This document shows, piece by piece, positions 46,337-56,218 of a stretch of 56,624 bases of DNA. Positions within the stretch are counted from its first letter, which is position 1. The number at the start of each line of letters is the position of its first letter. The stretch is from an uncultured Oscillospiraceae bacterium (GTDB taxonomy: Bacteria; Bacillota; Clostridia; Oscillospirales; Oscillospiraceae), in the NCBI GenBank assembly GCA_910577805.1, contig CAJTOE010000001.1:1-56624 (forward strand), read 5' to 3'. The translations under genes were made by a program, and so were the position numbers. Under the pieces are notes generated by a model that did not search any database, was not told the origin of the DNA, and saw nothing but the letters and a program-made list of their open reading frames with translations.

Positions 46337-47662
46337 TTGGGCTATAAAATTGCGTTTGTGTCCCTGGGCTGTTCCAAGAACCTGATTAACACCGAGCAGA
46401 TGATGGCGCTGTGCCGTCAGGCGGGGCACCAGCTCACCGGGGACCCGGAGGGCGCGGATGTGGCCGTGCTGAACACCTGCGGCTTTATCGAGTCCGCCAA
46501 AAGCGAGGCCATTGACAACATTTTGCAGCTTGCCCAGCTCAAGCAGGCCGGGAAGCTGAAAAAGCTGCTGGTGGCGGGCTGTCTGACCCAGCGCTACCGG
46601 GAGGAAATTTCCCAGGACCTGCCGGAGGTGGACGGGATGCTGGGCACCGGCAGCTACACCGATGTGGTCCAGGCCATCGACGATTTGATGGCGGGAGGCC
46701 GTCCGGATTATTTCGGCGACGTGCGCCAGGCGGACGACAACGGCGCGCGGTTCGTCACCACGCCCCCCTGGACGGCGTTTCTGAAAATCGCCGAGGGTTG
46801 CAGCAACGCCTGTGCGTTCTGCGTGATCCCCAAGCTCCGGGGGCCGTACCGGAGCCGCCCCCAGGACGCGCTGCTGGAGGAGGCCGGAAAACTGGCGGAC
46901 CGGGGCGTGCGGGAGCTGATTGTCATTGCCCAGGACATCACCCGGTACGGCCAGGATTTGAAGGACGGGACTTCCCTGGTCACCCTGCTGAACGAGCTTT
47001 GCAAGCTGGATTTCCACTGGATACGCCTGCACTACCTCTACCCGGAGGCGGTCACCGATGCGCTGATCGAGACCATGGCCCGGCAGAAGAAAATCCTCCC
47101 CTATGTGGATATCCCCATCCAGCACTGCAACGACGGCATTTTAAAAGCCATGCGCCGCCGGAACACCAAGCAGGATCTGCTGGACCTGTTCGCCAAGCTG
47201 CGCCGGGCCATGCCGGAGGTGGTGTTCCGGACCTCCCTGATCTGCGGCCTGCCCGGCGAGGGAGAGGCGGAATTTGAGGAGTTATGCCAATTTCTCCAGG
47301 AGCAGAAGCTCCAGCGGGTGGGGGTGTTCCAGTTCTCCCCGGAGGAGGGGACCCTGGCCGCCAAAATGGAGCGGCAGGTGGACCCGGAGACCGCCGCGCG
47401 CCGGGTGGAATTGCTGCTGGACTTGCAGTCCCGCGTTATGGACGCGTACAACGACAGCCGCCAGGGCCAGACGATGGAGGTCCTGTGCGAGGGCTTCGAC
47501 AGCCAGGCGGGGCTGTGGGCCGGGCGCAGCTTCGCCGACTCGGTGGAGATCGACGGCCGGGTGCTGTTCACGTCGCCGGAGCCTGTGGAGGCGGGACGCT
47601 TTGTCTGGGTAAAAATCACCGGCAGTCTGGATGGAGATTTGACCGGGGAAATTTTGGACTGA
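46337..47662 (+). CDS. rimO: Ribosomal protein S12 methylthiotransferase
   Basis: SLGCSKN, NTCGFIESAK, GCSNACAFC, EIDG in TRAM domain; TTG start after aggagg. Confidence 0.94.
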   Translation: MGYKIAFVSLGCSKNLINTEQMMALCRQAGHQLTGDPEGADVAVLNTCGFIESAKSEAIDNILQLAQLKQAGKLKKLLVAGCLTQRYREEISQDLPEVDGMLGTGSYTDVVQAIDDLMAGGRPDYFGDVRQADDNGARFVTTPPWTAFLKIAEGCSNACAFCVIPKLRGPYRSRPQDALLEEAGKLADRGVRELIVIAQDITRYGQDLKDGTSLVTLLNELCKLDFHWIRLHYLYPEAVTDALIETMARQKKILPYVDIPIQHCNDGILKAMRRRNTKQDLLDLFAKLRRAMPEVVFRTSLICGLPGEGEAEFEELCQFLQEQKLQRVGVFQFSPEEGTLAAKMERQVDPETAARRVELLLDLQSRVMDAYNDSRQGQTMEVLCEGFDSQAGLWAGRSFADSVEIDGRVLFTSPEPVEAGRFVWVKITGSLDGDLTGEILD

Positions 47663-47680
47663 TTTATGGGGGTATTTTTT

Positions 47681-47896
47681 ATGGAAAACATGCAGGATTT
47701 TGTTATCACAAAGGGCGTTTTGGAGGAATACAAAGGCCCCGGCGGGGATGTCACCATCCCGGAGGGCGTCACGGAAATCGGGGAGAGTGCCTTCGATGGC
47801 TGCAAAAAGCTCACCATCCACGCCCCCGCCGGGTCAGCGGCAGAGCAGTACGCCAAGGAAAACGGCATCCGGTTTGAGGCGGCACGCAAAGCGTGA
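47681..47896 (+). CDS. Short BspA-like LRR fragment (possibly a remnant)
   Basis: GVLEEYKG...VTIPEGVTEIGESAFDGC...GSAAEQYAKENGI; a single LRR unit. Confidence 0.6.
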   Translation: MENMQDFVITKGVLEEYKGPGGDVTIPEGVTEIGESAFDGCKKLTIHAPAGSAAEQYAKENGIRFEAARKA

Positions 47897-47917
47897 CGGA
47901 CGGGGGGGGTGAAAACC
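47881..47917. repeat. Degenerate right end of the REP-like element
   Basis: ggcacgcaaagcgtgacggacggggggggtgaaaacc resembles 21755-21790. Confidence 0.65.
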
Positions 47918-48083
47918 TTCTGTTTCCAAATTTGCAAATTTCTGTCCTAATAAATATTTGCTTGCGTAAATTGTATGCAAAAGATGCAAAACTTACTGGA
48001 TAAAAAAATATAGATTTGTGCAAAGAGATATGATATGATAGAGCGGCTGGCACGAAATAAATCGAAGGAGGTCGTTCCATATT

Positions 48084-48572
48084 ATGTCAAACATTATCTC
48101 TATGGACCGGGTCGCCCAGATCATCGACTCCTATGGGTGCGAAAAGGCGCATTTGATCGCCATCATGCAGGACATCCAGAGCGAGTACAAGTATCTGCGG
48201 GCCGACGTGCTGGAGCTGATTGCAGAAAAGCTGCACATCAGCGTGGCAAAGGTCTACAGCGTGGCCACGTTCTACGAAAACTTTTCCCTGGAGGCCAAGG
48301 GAAAGTACATCATCAAGGTGTGTGACGGGACGGCCTGCCACGTGCGCAAATCACAGCCTATTTTCAACGCCATCAGCGAATACCTGGAGCTGGAGGGCAA
48401 GCAGAAGACCTCCGCTGACGGGCTGTTCACCCTGGAGACGGTGGCCTGTCTGGGGGCCTGCGGCCTGGCCCCGGTGGTCACCATTAACGACGAGGTCCAC
48501 TCCAAAATGTCCCCTGAGCTGGCCATTGACCTGCTGGAGGAGCTGAGAAGGGAGGAGCGCGCCCATGGCTAA
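48084..48572 (+). CDS. hydC: NuoE-like [2Fe-2S] subunit of a trimeric [FeFe]-hydrogenase
   Basis: VCDGTACH, CLGACGLAP. Confidence 0.92.
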   Translation: MSNIISMDRVAQIIDSYGCEKAHLIAIMQDIQSEYKYLRADVLELIAEKLHISVAKVYSVATFYENFSLEAKGKYIIKVCDGTACHVRKSQPIFNAISEYLELEGKQKTSADGLFTLETVACLGACGLAPVVTINDEVHSKMSPELAIDLLEELRREERAHG

Positions 48573-50463
48573 ACTGACACGAGAGCAGTTCCAGGTCCTG
48601 CGCATCAAGTCCGAGGAGGCGCTGCGCAGCCAGAAAAAGCAGGTGCTGATCTGCGCCGGAACCGGGTGCATCGCCGGCGGGTCCCTGCAAATTTACGACT
48701 ATATCAAGGCGGAGTGTGAGCGCCGGGGTCTGGACGTGTATGTGGGCCTTCAGGAGGAGGGCCAGAAGGAGGACGTGCGGGAGCCGAAGGGCGACGGCCT
48801 CTACCTGAAGCGCAGCGGCTGTCACGGGTTCTGCGAAATGGGTCCCCTGCTGCACATCGAGCCGCAGGGCATCATGTACATCCACGTAAAGCCGGAGGAC
48901 TGCGACGAGATCATCGAGCAGACCATCATCGGCGGTCAGGTGATCCCCCGCCTTCTCTACGAGCTGGACGGCAAGACCTACGCCCAGCACAGTGAGATTC
49001 CCTTTTATAAAAAACAGCACCGGATGGTCCTGCACAACTGCGGCACCACCGACGCGGAGGACGTAAACGAGTACATTGCCCGGGGCGGCTACGCGGCCCT
49101 GGAAAAGGCGCTGTTCCACATGACGCCGGAGCAGCTCTGCCAGGAAATCAGCGATTCCGGCCTGCGGGGCCGGGGGGGCGGCGGCTTCCCGGCGGGCCGG
49201 AAATGGGACAGCGTGCGCAAACAGCCCCAGGGCAAGAAATACGTGGTCTGCAACGGCGACGAGGGTGACCCCGGCGCGTTCATGGACCGGTCCATCATGG
49301 AGGGAAACCCCCACTCCATCATTGAGGGAATGCTCATTGCCGGTGTGGCCGCGGGCAGCGACGAGGGCTATATCTACGTTCGGGCCGAGTACCCCTTAGC
49401 GGTCTCCCGGCTGAAAACCGCCATCGCCAAGGCGGAGGCGCTGGGCCTGCTGGGCGAAAATATCCTGGGCAGCGGCTTTTCCTTCCAGCTCCACGTGAAC
49501 CGGGGGGCGGGAGCCTTCGTGTGCGGCGAGGGCAGCGCCCTGACCGCCTCCATCGAGGGCAACCGGGGTATGCCCCGTGTAAAACCTCCCCGGACGGTGG
49601 AGCAGGGCCTGTGGGCCAGACCCACGGTGCTGAACAACGTGGAGACGTTCTCCAACGTGCCTCTCATCATCCAGAACGGCTCCGGCTGGTACAAGGCCAT
49701 CGGGACGGAAAAATCCCCCGGCACCAAGGCCTTCGCCCTCACCGGCAACGTGGTCAACACGGGACTGATCGAGGTCCCTATGGGCGCCACCCTGCGGGAG
49801 ATTATCTTCGACATCGGCGGCGGCATCAAGGACGGAAAGCAGTTCAAGGCCGTGCAGATCGGCGGACCCTCCGGCGGCTGTCTGACCCAGGAGCATCTGG
49901 ACATGCCCCTGGACTTCGACTCCCTGAAGCAGGTGGGGGCCATGATCGGCTCCGGCGGCTTGGTGGTCATGGACGAGGACACCTGTATGGTGGAGGTGGC
50001 CCGGTTCTTCATGAACTTCACCCAGAACGAGTCCTGCGGAAAGTGCGTCCCCTGCCGGGAGGGCACCCGCCGGATGCTGGAGATCCTGACCCGCATCGTC
50101 AACAACGAGGGCTCTCTGGAGGACCTGGACCTGTTGGAGGAGCTGTCCTCCACCATCAGCGAGACCGCCCTGTGCGGCCTGGGCCAGTCCGCCTGCAAGC
50201 CGGTGCAGAGTACCCTGAAATATTTCCGGGACGAGTATCTGGCCCATGTGGTGGACAAGCACTGTCCCCACTGCAACGGCCGCAAGAAAGAGCTGCAAAT
50301 TGACCCCGTGCTGTGTAAGGGCTGCGGCAAGTGCATGAAGCAGTGCCCCATGGAGGCCATCTCCGGCCAGATCCGGATGCCTCACGTCATTGATACGAGC
50401 AAGTGCATCAAATGCGGCGCGTGCTGGGGCTGCTGTCCCTTCGGCGCCATTCGGGAGGAGTGA
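48565..50463 (+). CDS. hydB: NuoF-like FMN/NAD-binding subunit
   Basis: GRGGGGFP, NGDEGDPGAFMDR, ESCGKCVPCREG, C-terminal 2x[4Fe-4S]. Confidence 0.93.
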   Translation: MAKLTREQFQVLRIKSEEALRSQKKQVLICAGTGCIAGGSLQIYDYIKAECERRGLDVYVGLQEEGQKEDVREPKGDGLYLKRSGCHGFCEMGPLLHIEPQGIMYIHVKPEDCDEIIEQTIIGGQVIPRLLYELDGKTYAQHSEIPFYKKQHRMVLHNCGTTDAEDVNEYIARGGYAALEKALFHMTPEQLCQEISDSGLRGRGGGGFPAGRKWDSVRKQPQGKKYVVCNGDEGDPGAFMDRSIMEGNPHSIIEGMLIAGVAAGSDEGYIYVRAEYPLAVSRLKTAIAKAEALGLLGENILGSGFSFQLHVNRGAGAFVCGEGSALTASIEGNRGMPRVKPPRTVEQGLWARPTVLNNVETFSNVPLIIQNGSGWYKAIGTEKSPGTKAFALTGNVVNTGLIEVPMGATLREIIFDIGGGIKDGKQFKAVQIGGPSGGCLTQEHLDMPLDFDSLKQVGAMIGSGGLVVMDEDTCMVEVARFFMNFTQNESCGKCVPCREGTRRMLEILTRIVNNEGSLEDLDLLEELSSTISETALCGLGQSACKPVQSTLKYFRDEYLAHVVDKHCPHCNGRKKELQIDPVLCKGCGKCMKQCPMEAISGQIRMPHVIDTSKCIKCGACWGCCPFGAIREE

Positions 50464-50468
50464 GCGGT

Positions 50469-52172
50469 ATGGAAAACAAAGGCTATATGTACATCGACGG
50501 CCAGCGGGTCCCCTTCGACGGCGAGCCCAACGTCATGCTGGTCATCCGCAAGGCCGGCATCTATCTGCCCACCTTCTGCTACTACTCCGACTTGTCGGTC
50601 TACGGCGCGTGCCGGATGTGCGTGGTGGAGGACGAGCGGGGGAAAATCGACACCTCCTGCTCCATGAAGCCCAGGGACGGCATGAAAATCCGCACCAACA
50701 CCGCCCGGCTGCTGAAGCACCGGCGCATGATCCTGGAATTGCTGCTGGCCTCCCACAACTGTGAGTGTACCACCTGCGAGAAGAGCGGCGCGTGCCGCCT
50801 CCAGGAGCTGGCTACCCGCTTCGGTGTGCGGAAGGTCCGCTTCGGGGACAGCCGGGAGGAATCCCAGCTGGACGACTCCAGCCCCGCCGTGGTCCGGGAC
50901 CCCAGCAAGTGCATCCTGTGCGGCGACTGCGTGCGGGTGTGCAGCGAGGGCATCGGTATGGGCATCATCAACTTTGCCCGCCGGGGCTATAATATGCGGG
51001 TCATGCCCGCCTTTGACCGCAAGCTGTCCGAGACCCACTGCATCAGCTGCGGCCAGTGCTCGGCGGTGTGCCCCACCGGCGGCATTACCGTCTACAACCA
51101 GATCGGCAAGGCCTGGCGGGCCATCCACGACCCCAAGAAGCGCGTGGTGGTGCAGATCGCCCCCGCGGTCCGTGTGGCCGTGGGCGAGGCCTTCGGACAG
51201 CCTGCCGGAGAAAACGCCCTGGACCAGCTCACCACCGCCCTGAAGTTCATGGGGGTGGACGAGGTGTACGACACCACCTTTGGCGCGGACTTCACCACCA
51301 TCGAGGAGTCGGAGGAGTTTTTGCACCGGCTGGAGAACGGCGGGCCTTTCCCCATGTTCACCTCCTGCTGTCCCGCCTGGGTGAAGTATCTGGAGTTTGA
51401 GAATCCCAAATATCTGAAGCATATCTCCACCTGTAAATCCCCCATGCAGATGTTCGCCTCTATTATCCGGGACCACTACCAGGCCAAGGACAAGGAGGAC
51501 GGACGGGAGACCTTCCATATTGCCATCATGCCCTGCACAGCCAAGAAGATGGAGGCCGCCCGGCCGGAGTTCCAGCACGAGGGCAAGCCGGATGTGGACC
51601 TGGTGCTGACCACCCAGGAGATCATCAATATGATTAAAGAATCCGGCATCGACCTGACGGATATGGAGCTGGAGTCCCCGGACATGCCCTTTGGCCTGGG
51701 GTCCGGCGCGGCGGTGATCTACGGCGCCACCGGCGGCGTGGCCGAGGCGGTGGTGCGCCACTGTCTGCCCGACAAATCCCGCAACGCCCTGCGGCAGCTG
51801 CGCTACTCCCCCCTGCGGGGCATGGAGTCCTCCGTCCGGGAGGCGGCCATCCAGGTGGGCGACCGGGAGATCAAGCTTGCGGTGGTCCACGGTCTGGCCA
51901 ACGCCCAGAAGCTGCTGAAGGAGATCGACGAGGGCCGGGCGTACTACCACCTGATCGAGGTCATGACCTGTCAGGGCGGCTGTGTGGGCGGCGCGGGCCA
52001 GCCCCACGCCCTGCTCACCCGGAAGCAGCGCCGTGCCGACGGTCTGTACGAGGTGGACCGGACGGCCCCCTTCAAGCGTGCGGAGCGCAACCCGTCGGTG
52101 CTGAATATTCTGGAGAAGCTGGGCCAGGAGGAGCGCCATGAGCTGCTGCATGTGAATTATGTGAAAGAGTAA
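50469..52172 (+). CDS. hydA: [FeFe]-hydrogenase catalytic subunit (group A, probably electron-bifurcating)
   Basis: H-cluster motifs TSCCPAW, MPCTAKKME, EVMTCQGGCVGGAGQP; N-terminal F-clusters. Confidence 0.95.
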   Translation: MENKGYMYIDGQRVPFDGEPNVMLVIRKAGIYLPTFCYYSDLSVYGACRMCVVEDERGKIDTSCSMKPRDGMKIRTNTARLLKHRRMILELLLASHNCECTTCEKSGACRLQELATRFGVRKVRFGDSREESQLDDSSPAVVRDPSKCILCGDCVRVCSEGIGMGIINFARRGYNMRVMPAFDRKLSETHCISCGQCSAVCPTGGITVYNQIGKAWRAIHDPKKRVVVQIAPAVRVAVGEAFGQPAGENALDQLTTALKFMGVDEVYDTTFGADFTTIEESEEFLHRLENGGPFPMFTSCCPAWVKYLEFENPKYLKHISTCKSPMQMFASIIRDHYQAKDKEDGRETFHIAIMPCTAKKMEAARPEFQHEGKPDVDLVLTTQEIINMIKESGIDLTDMELESPDMPFGLGSGAAVIYGATGGVAEAVVRHCLPDKSRNALRQLRYSPLRGMESSVREAAIQVGDREIKLAVVHGLANAQKLLKEIDEGRAYYHLIEVMTCQGGCVGGAGQPHALLTRKQRRADGLYEVDRTAPFKRAERNPSVLNILEKLGQEERHELLHVNYVKE

Positions 52173-52179
52173 CGCTGTT

Positions 52180-52217
52180 CTCCCCCCGGATGCGGAAGGT
52201 TCGGGGGGAGTTTTTTT
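52180..52217 (+). terminator. Terminator of the hyd operon
   Basis: ctccccccg...cggggggag followed by ttttttt. Confidence 0.8.
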
Positions 52218-52246
52218 CACCCTCATCCGTCACCGCCTGCGGCGGC
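52216..52246. repeat. Truncated left end of the REP-like element
   Basis: ttcaccctcatccgtc identical to 21571-21586, followed by a small hairpin. Confidence 0.8.
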
Positions 52247-52294
52247 GGATGGAGTGAAGCCAATACTCAACTTTGAGATATATTAAATTAGATA

Positions 52295-52322
52295 TTGACA
52301 ATGCAGAATAATGCTATATAAT
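52295..52322 (+). promoter_or_regulatory. SigA promoter of the orphan parA
   Basis: TTGACA-16 nt-TATAAT. Confidence 0.65.
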
Positions 52323-52378
52323 TAGATTTACAGTTTGATAGAAAAATTGCAAATCTAATTTTCAAAAAGGAGAATATC

Positions 52379-53419
52379 ATGCAATCAATTAAGACTATCA
52401 TTAATAGGCAATTTGACATTGCCAATAACCAGGCAGGCCCTATTCAATTACCAAAATATAAAATTTATGCAATGTGTAACTTGCGGGGAGGAATTGGAAA
52501 AACAACATTATCTTTTAACTTAAGTTATTTGACCGATAATCTATTGGTTATAGATACCTGTCCACAGGGAAACCTGTCGTTTTTCTATGACAATAATTAT
52601 TACGCAGGGCATCAAACCAATGTAAAAGACATGCTATTACCATATCTGGTTCCAGGATTGGGGAAAGCAACACGGGTAGCTGCATATATTGGCGCTACAA
52701 ATCAATATTTTTCAAACAAGAATAATTTCTATATTCCGTCTTCAGAAGAATTATATCTTTTGCCGTCTCAACTAAATACGGCAATCAATCAAGCCTATGG
52801 TCTGCAATCCCCTCATAAAGATCAAGCATTGAAAAGTATTCTTTATTCTTTAAAAACAGAAATTTGCAGGGAACTCACTGAAAACAACTTGAATACGTGT
52901 TTAATAGATACTTCTCCGTTTTTTGCTGGAGCAACACAACTTGCTTGGTATGCGGCAGATGCACTGATTATTCCAGTCCGCACAGACCAGCAATCGATTA
53001 AATCATTAGAATTATTGATCACAACACTTAGCAGTCCACAAAGTGAATTTAGAAAATATTTGGCAGATAATGACACAAATATTCCCAAAATACAAATGGT
53101 TGTTTTAACTCACTGTGGCTGGTCAACATCTGCTGGAGCAAGAAATGAACCAAATCAGCAGACAAAAGTTTATCTGAAAAGAGTTTACGATCTCCTATCC
53201 AAATATCGCACCCTTTTATCTACAAATAATCCAGAAAACCACTTATTCATGCTAGACGATTTTCTTGGTTCAGGTAGGATTTCCTCCATTGAATCGAAAC
53301 CAATGGAACTTTTAAATGCCGGTGAAACAAAAACTATTGACAGAGTTCGGGTAACGGTAAATCAATCTGTGTACAAATGTAAAAATCAATTAAAATTTAT
53401 CGCTCAACAACTTTGGTAA
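52379..53419 (+). CDS. Orphan ParA/Soj-family ATPase, AT-rich
   Basis: NLRGGIGKTT, IDTCPQGNLS, IDTSP, ADALIIPV. Confidence 0.88.
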   Translation: MQSIKTIINRQFDIANNQAGPIQLPKYKIYAMCNLRGGIGKTTLSFNLSYLTDNLLVIDTCPQGNLSFFYDNNYYAGHQTNVKDMLLPYLVPGLGKATRVAAYIGATNQYFSNKNNFYIPSSEELYLLPSQLNTAINQAYGLQSPHKDQALKSILYSLKTEICRELTENNLNTCLIDTSPFFAGATQLAWYAADALIIPVRTDQQSIKSLELLITTLSSPQSEFRKYLADNDTNIPKIQMVVLTHCGWSTSAGARNEPNQQTKVYLKRVYDLLSKYRTLLSTNNPENHLFMLDDFLGSGRISSIESKPMELLNAGETKTIDRVRVTVNQSVYKCKNQLKFIAQQLW

Positions 53420-53602
53420 TTTCAAAAAATATATGATCTGAGGATATAAAAATTCTTCCATCCTTACTACAAATATGCAATTCCATCACATTGCTTTCCT
53501 CCAACGTTGAGTAATTTAAGGGAACACCCTACTTTTTGCATCGGGACAGGCAAGATTTCCTTGCCGCCCCCATACACTTCCCCTATGGGAGGGGATGCTT
53601 CT

Positions 53603-54781
53603 ATGGGCCGTCTGCTGGCAAAATATCGGGATTGGCTATTAGGCGCGGGGCTTTTCTGCGCCGCCCTGGCCCTGATGGCCTACCCCCAGGAGAGCATGGA
53701 GGCCGCACGGGACGGCCTGTCTCTGTGCGCCAATGTGATCGTCCCCTCTCTGTTCCCCTTCTTCGCTCTGGCGGCTCTGGTGGTGGAGCTGGGCCTGTCC
53801 CGGTATCTGGGCAAGCTGCTGGAGGGGGTGATGGCCCCGCTCTTCCGGGTCAACGGCGCCTGCGCTTCCGCCCTGGCCCTGGGGTTTGTGGGGGGGTACC
53901 CGGTGGGCGCCCGCACCGCCATCGCCCTCTACGAGAAGGGGCAGTGCTCCAAAACCGAGGCCGAACGCCTGCTGGCCTTCTGCAACAACTCCGGCCCCGC
54001 GTTCATCTTCGGCGTGGTGGGCGCGGGGGTGTTCGCCAGCGGAAAAATCGGCCTGCTGCTCTACCTGATCCATCTGCTGGCCTCCCTGTGCGTGGGGGTG
54101 CTGTTCCGCTTCTACAAGCCGTCCCAAGGCCCCGGACGGGGCCGGACTGCACGGGTGCAGTTCGAGGCGGTCAGCTTTCCCGCCGCCTTCGCCCGGTCTG
54201 TCACCGGAAGCCTGACCTCCTGCCTGAACATCTGCGCCTTTGTACTGCTCTTCACGGTGGTACTGCGTCTGCTGGCCCTGTCCGGGGCGCTGGACCTGCT
54301 GGCGGGCGGCCTGTGCGCTCTGCTGGCCCCCCTGGGCCTGACCGACGTCTGGGCCAGAAAGCTGCTCACCGGTTTTCTGGAAATTTCCTCCGGGGTGTCC
54401 TCCCTCACCGGGGAGGGGACCCTGTCCGGGCGGCTGTCCATGGCGGCGTTCATCCTGGGCTGGGCGGGGCTGTCCGTCCACTGTCAGGTCCTCTCGTTTC
54501 TGGAGCACAGCGGCCTGTCCATGAAAACCTATTTTGTGGGAAAACTGCTCCACGGGGGCATCTCCGCTGTGCTGGCGGCGGGGCTGGCCCGGTGCCTCCC
54601 CCTGGAACAGCCCGTGTCCGCCTACCTGGCCGAGCAGGTGGACTGGTTCGCCGAGCTGGAGTTTTCACGGGCTTTGTTCGTTTCGGCGGGGGCCGCCTGG
54701 GGACTTTGGTTGATTTTTGTCGGACTTTCTGTGGCGGCGCTGAAAAAAAGCAGTAGAAAAATGGACCAAAGGCGTGTATAA
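53603..54781 (+). CDS. ylbJ: Sporulation integral membrane protein YlbJ
   Basis: VIVPSLFPF, GGYPVGA, FCNNSGPAFI, GLSVHCQV; upstream CATACACT resembles a sigE -10. Confidence 0.88.
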   Translation: MGRLLAKYRDWLLGAGLFCAALALMAYPQESMEAARDGLSLCANVIVPSLFPFFALAALVVELGLSRYLGKLLEGVMAPLFRVNGACASALALGFVGGYPVGARTAIALYEKGQCSKTEAERLLAFCNNSGPAFIFGVVGAGVFASGKIGLLLYLIHLLASLCVGVLFRFYKPSQGPGRGRTARVQFEAVSFPAAFARSVTGSLTSCLNICAFVLLFTVVLRLLALSGALDLLAGGLCALLAPLGLTDVWARKLLTGFLEISSGVSSLTGEGTLSGRLSMAAFILGWAGLSVHCQVLSFLEHSGLSMKTYFVGKLLHGGISAVLAAGLARCLPLEQPVSAYLAEQVDWFAELEFSRALFVSAGAAWGLWLIFVGLSVAALKKSSRKMDQRRV

Positions 54782-54813
54782 TAGAGAACAGCAAAGCAAG
54801 GGAGGCCCCCGCT

Positions 54814-55026
54814 ATGAGTCTGTTCCAAAAGCATATCGAGCCGCGCTGCGCCTACTGTACCCGCTGCCGCCCCCTGAACGAGGAGCAGGTGGTCTGCGAG
54901 AAAAAGGGGGTCATGTCCGCCGCGTCCAGCTGCCGTTCCTTCCGGTACGACCCCTTGAAGCGCGTCCCGCCCCGGCCTGTCAAGGCGGATTTCAGCAAGC
55001 TGAAGGACGAGGATTTCAAGATCTGA
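54814..55026 (+). CDS. Small Cys-rich hypothetical protein
   Basis: RBS ggagg; CAYC..C...C...C. Confidence 0.75.
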   Translation: MSLFQKHIEPRCAYCTRCRPLNEEQVVCEKKGVMSAASSCRSFRYDPLKRVPPRPVKADFSKLKDEDFKI

Positions 55027-55156
55027 CCCTGCCCCCTCCCAGGAGGGGGCGAAATTTTGCAAAAAATTTTCCGAAAAAAAAGGAATTTCGCCCTCCGGCG
55101 CGTATATAGATAGTGGACTGGATTTCTTTCATAGGCTTGACAGGGGGAATACACCT

Positions 55157-56161
55157 ATGACCTTACGTGAGCAGACCCAGGAACATGAACGGCGGACGCT
55201 CTCACCTCTGGCCTGCCTCTCGGCCCAGAGCCGGGGGCGGCAGCGGCAGGAGACAGAGTGCGGCATCCGCACCTGCTTTCAGCGGGACACCGACCGGATC
55301 GTCTACAGCAAGGCGTTCCGGCGGCTCAAGCATAAGACCCAGGTATTCTTACAGCCGGAGGGGGACCACTACCGCACCCGCATGACCCACACCCTGGAGG
55401 TCTCCCGCATCGCCCGGACCATCGCGCGGGCCTTGGGGCTGAACGAGGACCTGACCGAGGCCATCGCCCTGGGCCACGACCTGGGCCACACCCCCTTTGG
55501 CCACGCCGGAGAGCGGGCCCTGGACCAGGTGACCCCCGGCGGCTTCGCCCACTACCGGCAGTCCCTGCGGGTGGTGGACCGGCTGGAGAAAAACGGGGAC
55601 GGACTCAACCTGACCTGGGAGGTCCGCAACGGCATCCTCTGCCACACCAAGGGGGAGGACGCCGCCACCCTGGAGGGCCAGGTGGTCCGGCTGGCGGACC
55701 ACATCGCGTACATCAACCACGACATCGAGGACGCATTGCGGGGCAGCGTGATCTTTCCCACCGACCTCCCCCTGGACTGCTCCCAGGTCCTGGGCTTCGA
55801 CCACAAGACCCGCATCAACACCCTGGTCACCGACGCCATCCAGGCCAGCCAGGGCCAGGAGCGCATCGTCCAATCTCCCCAGGTGGGGGACGCCATGCTG
55901 CGGCTGAAGGCGTTCATGTTCGAGAACGTGTACACCAACCCCATGGCGAAGGGGGAGGAGGGCCGGGCCGAGGGGATGATACAGCAGCTCTTCCGGTTCT
56001 ACCGGGACAACCCCGACCGGCTCCCGGAGGATTTTCAGGACATCCTGCTCCGGGAAGGCCCGGAGCGGGCGGCCTGCGACTACATCGCCGGTATGACCGA
56101 CCCCTTTGCCATCGCGGAGTACACCCGCCTGTTTATCCCGGCGGGCTGGGCGGTGAAATGA
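55157..56161 (+). CDS. dgt: Deoxyguanosinetriphosphate triphosphohydrolase
   Basis: FRRLKHKTQV, HDLGHTPFGHAGE, DYIAGMTD. Confidence 0.94.
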   Translation: MTLREQTQEHERRTLSPLACLSAQSRGRQRQETECGIRTCFQRDTDRIVYSKAFRRLKHKTQVFLQPEGDHYRTRMTHTLEVSRIARTIARALGLNEDLTEAIALGHDLGHTPFGHAGERALDQVTPGGFAHYRQSLRVVDRLEKNGDGLNLTWEVRNGILCHTKGEDAATLEGQVVRLADHIAYINHDIEDALRGSVIFPTDLPLDCSQVLGFDHKTRINTLVTDAIQASQGQERIVQSPQVGDAMLRLKAFMFENVYTNPMAKGEEGRAEGMIQQLFRFYRDNPDRLPEDFQDILLREGPERAACDYIAGMTDPFAIAEYTRLFIPAGWAVK

Positions 56162-56218
56162 GGAAAAACAGGTTATTTTACCAGAAATTTGGCTAAAACT
56201 ACCGGGAAGGAGGCGCGT

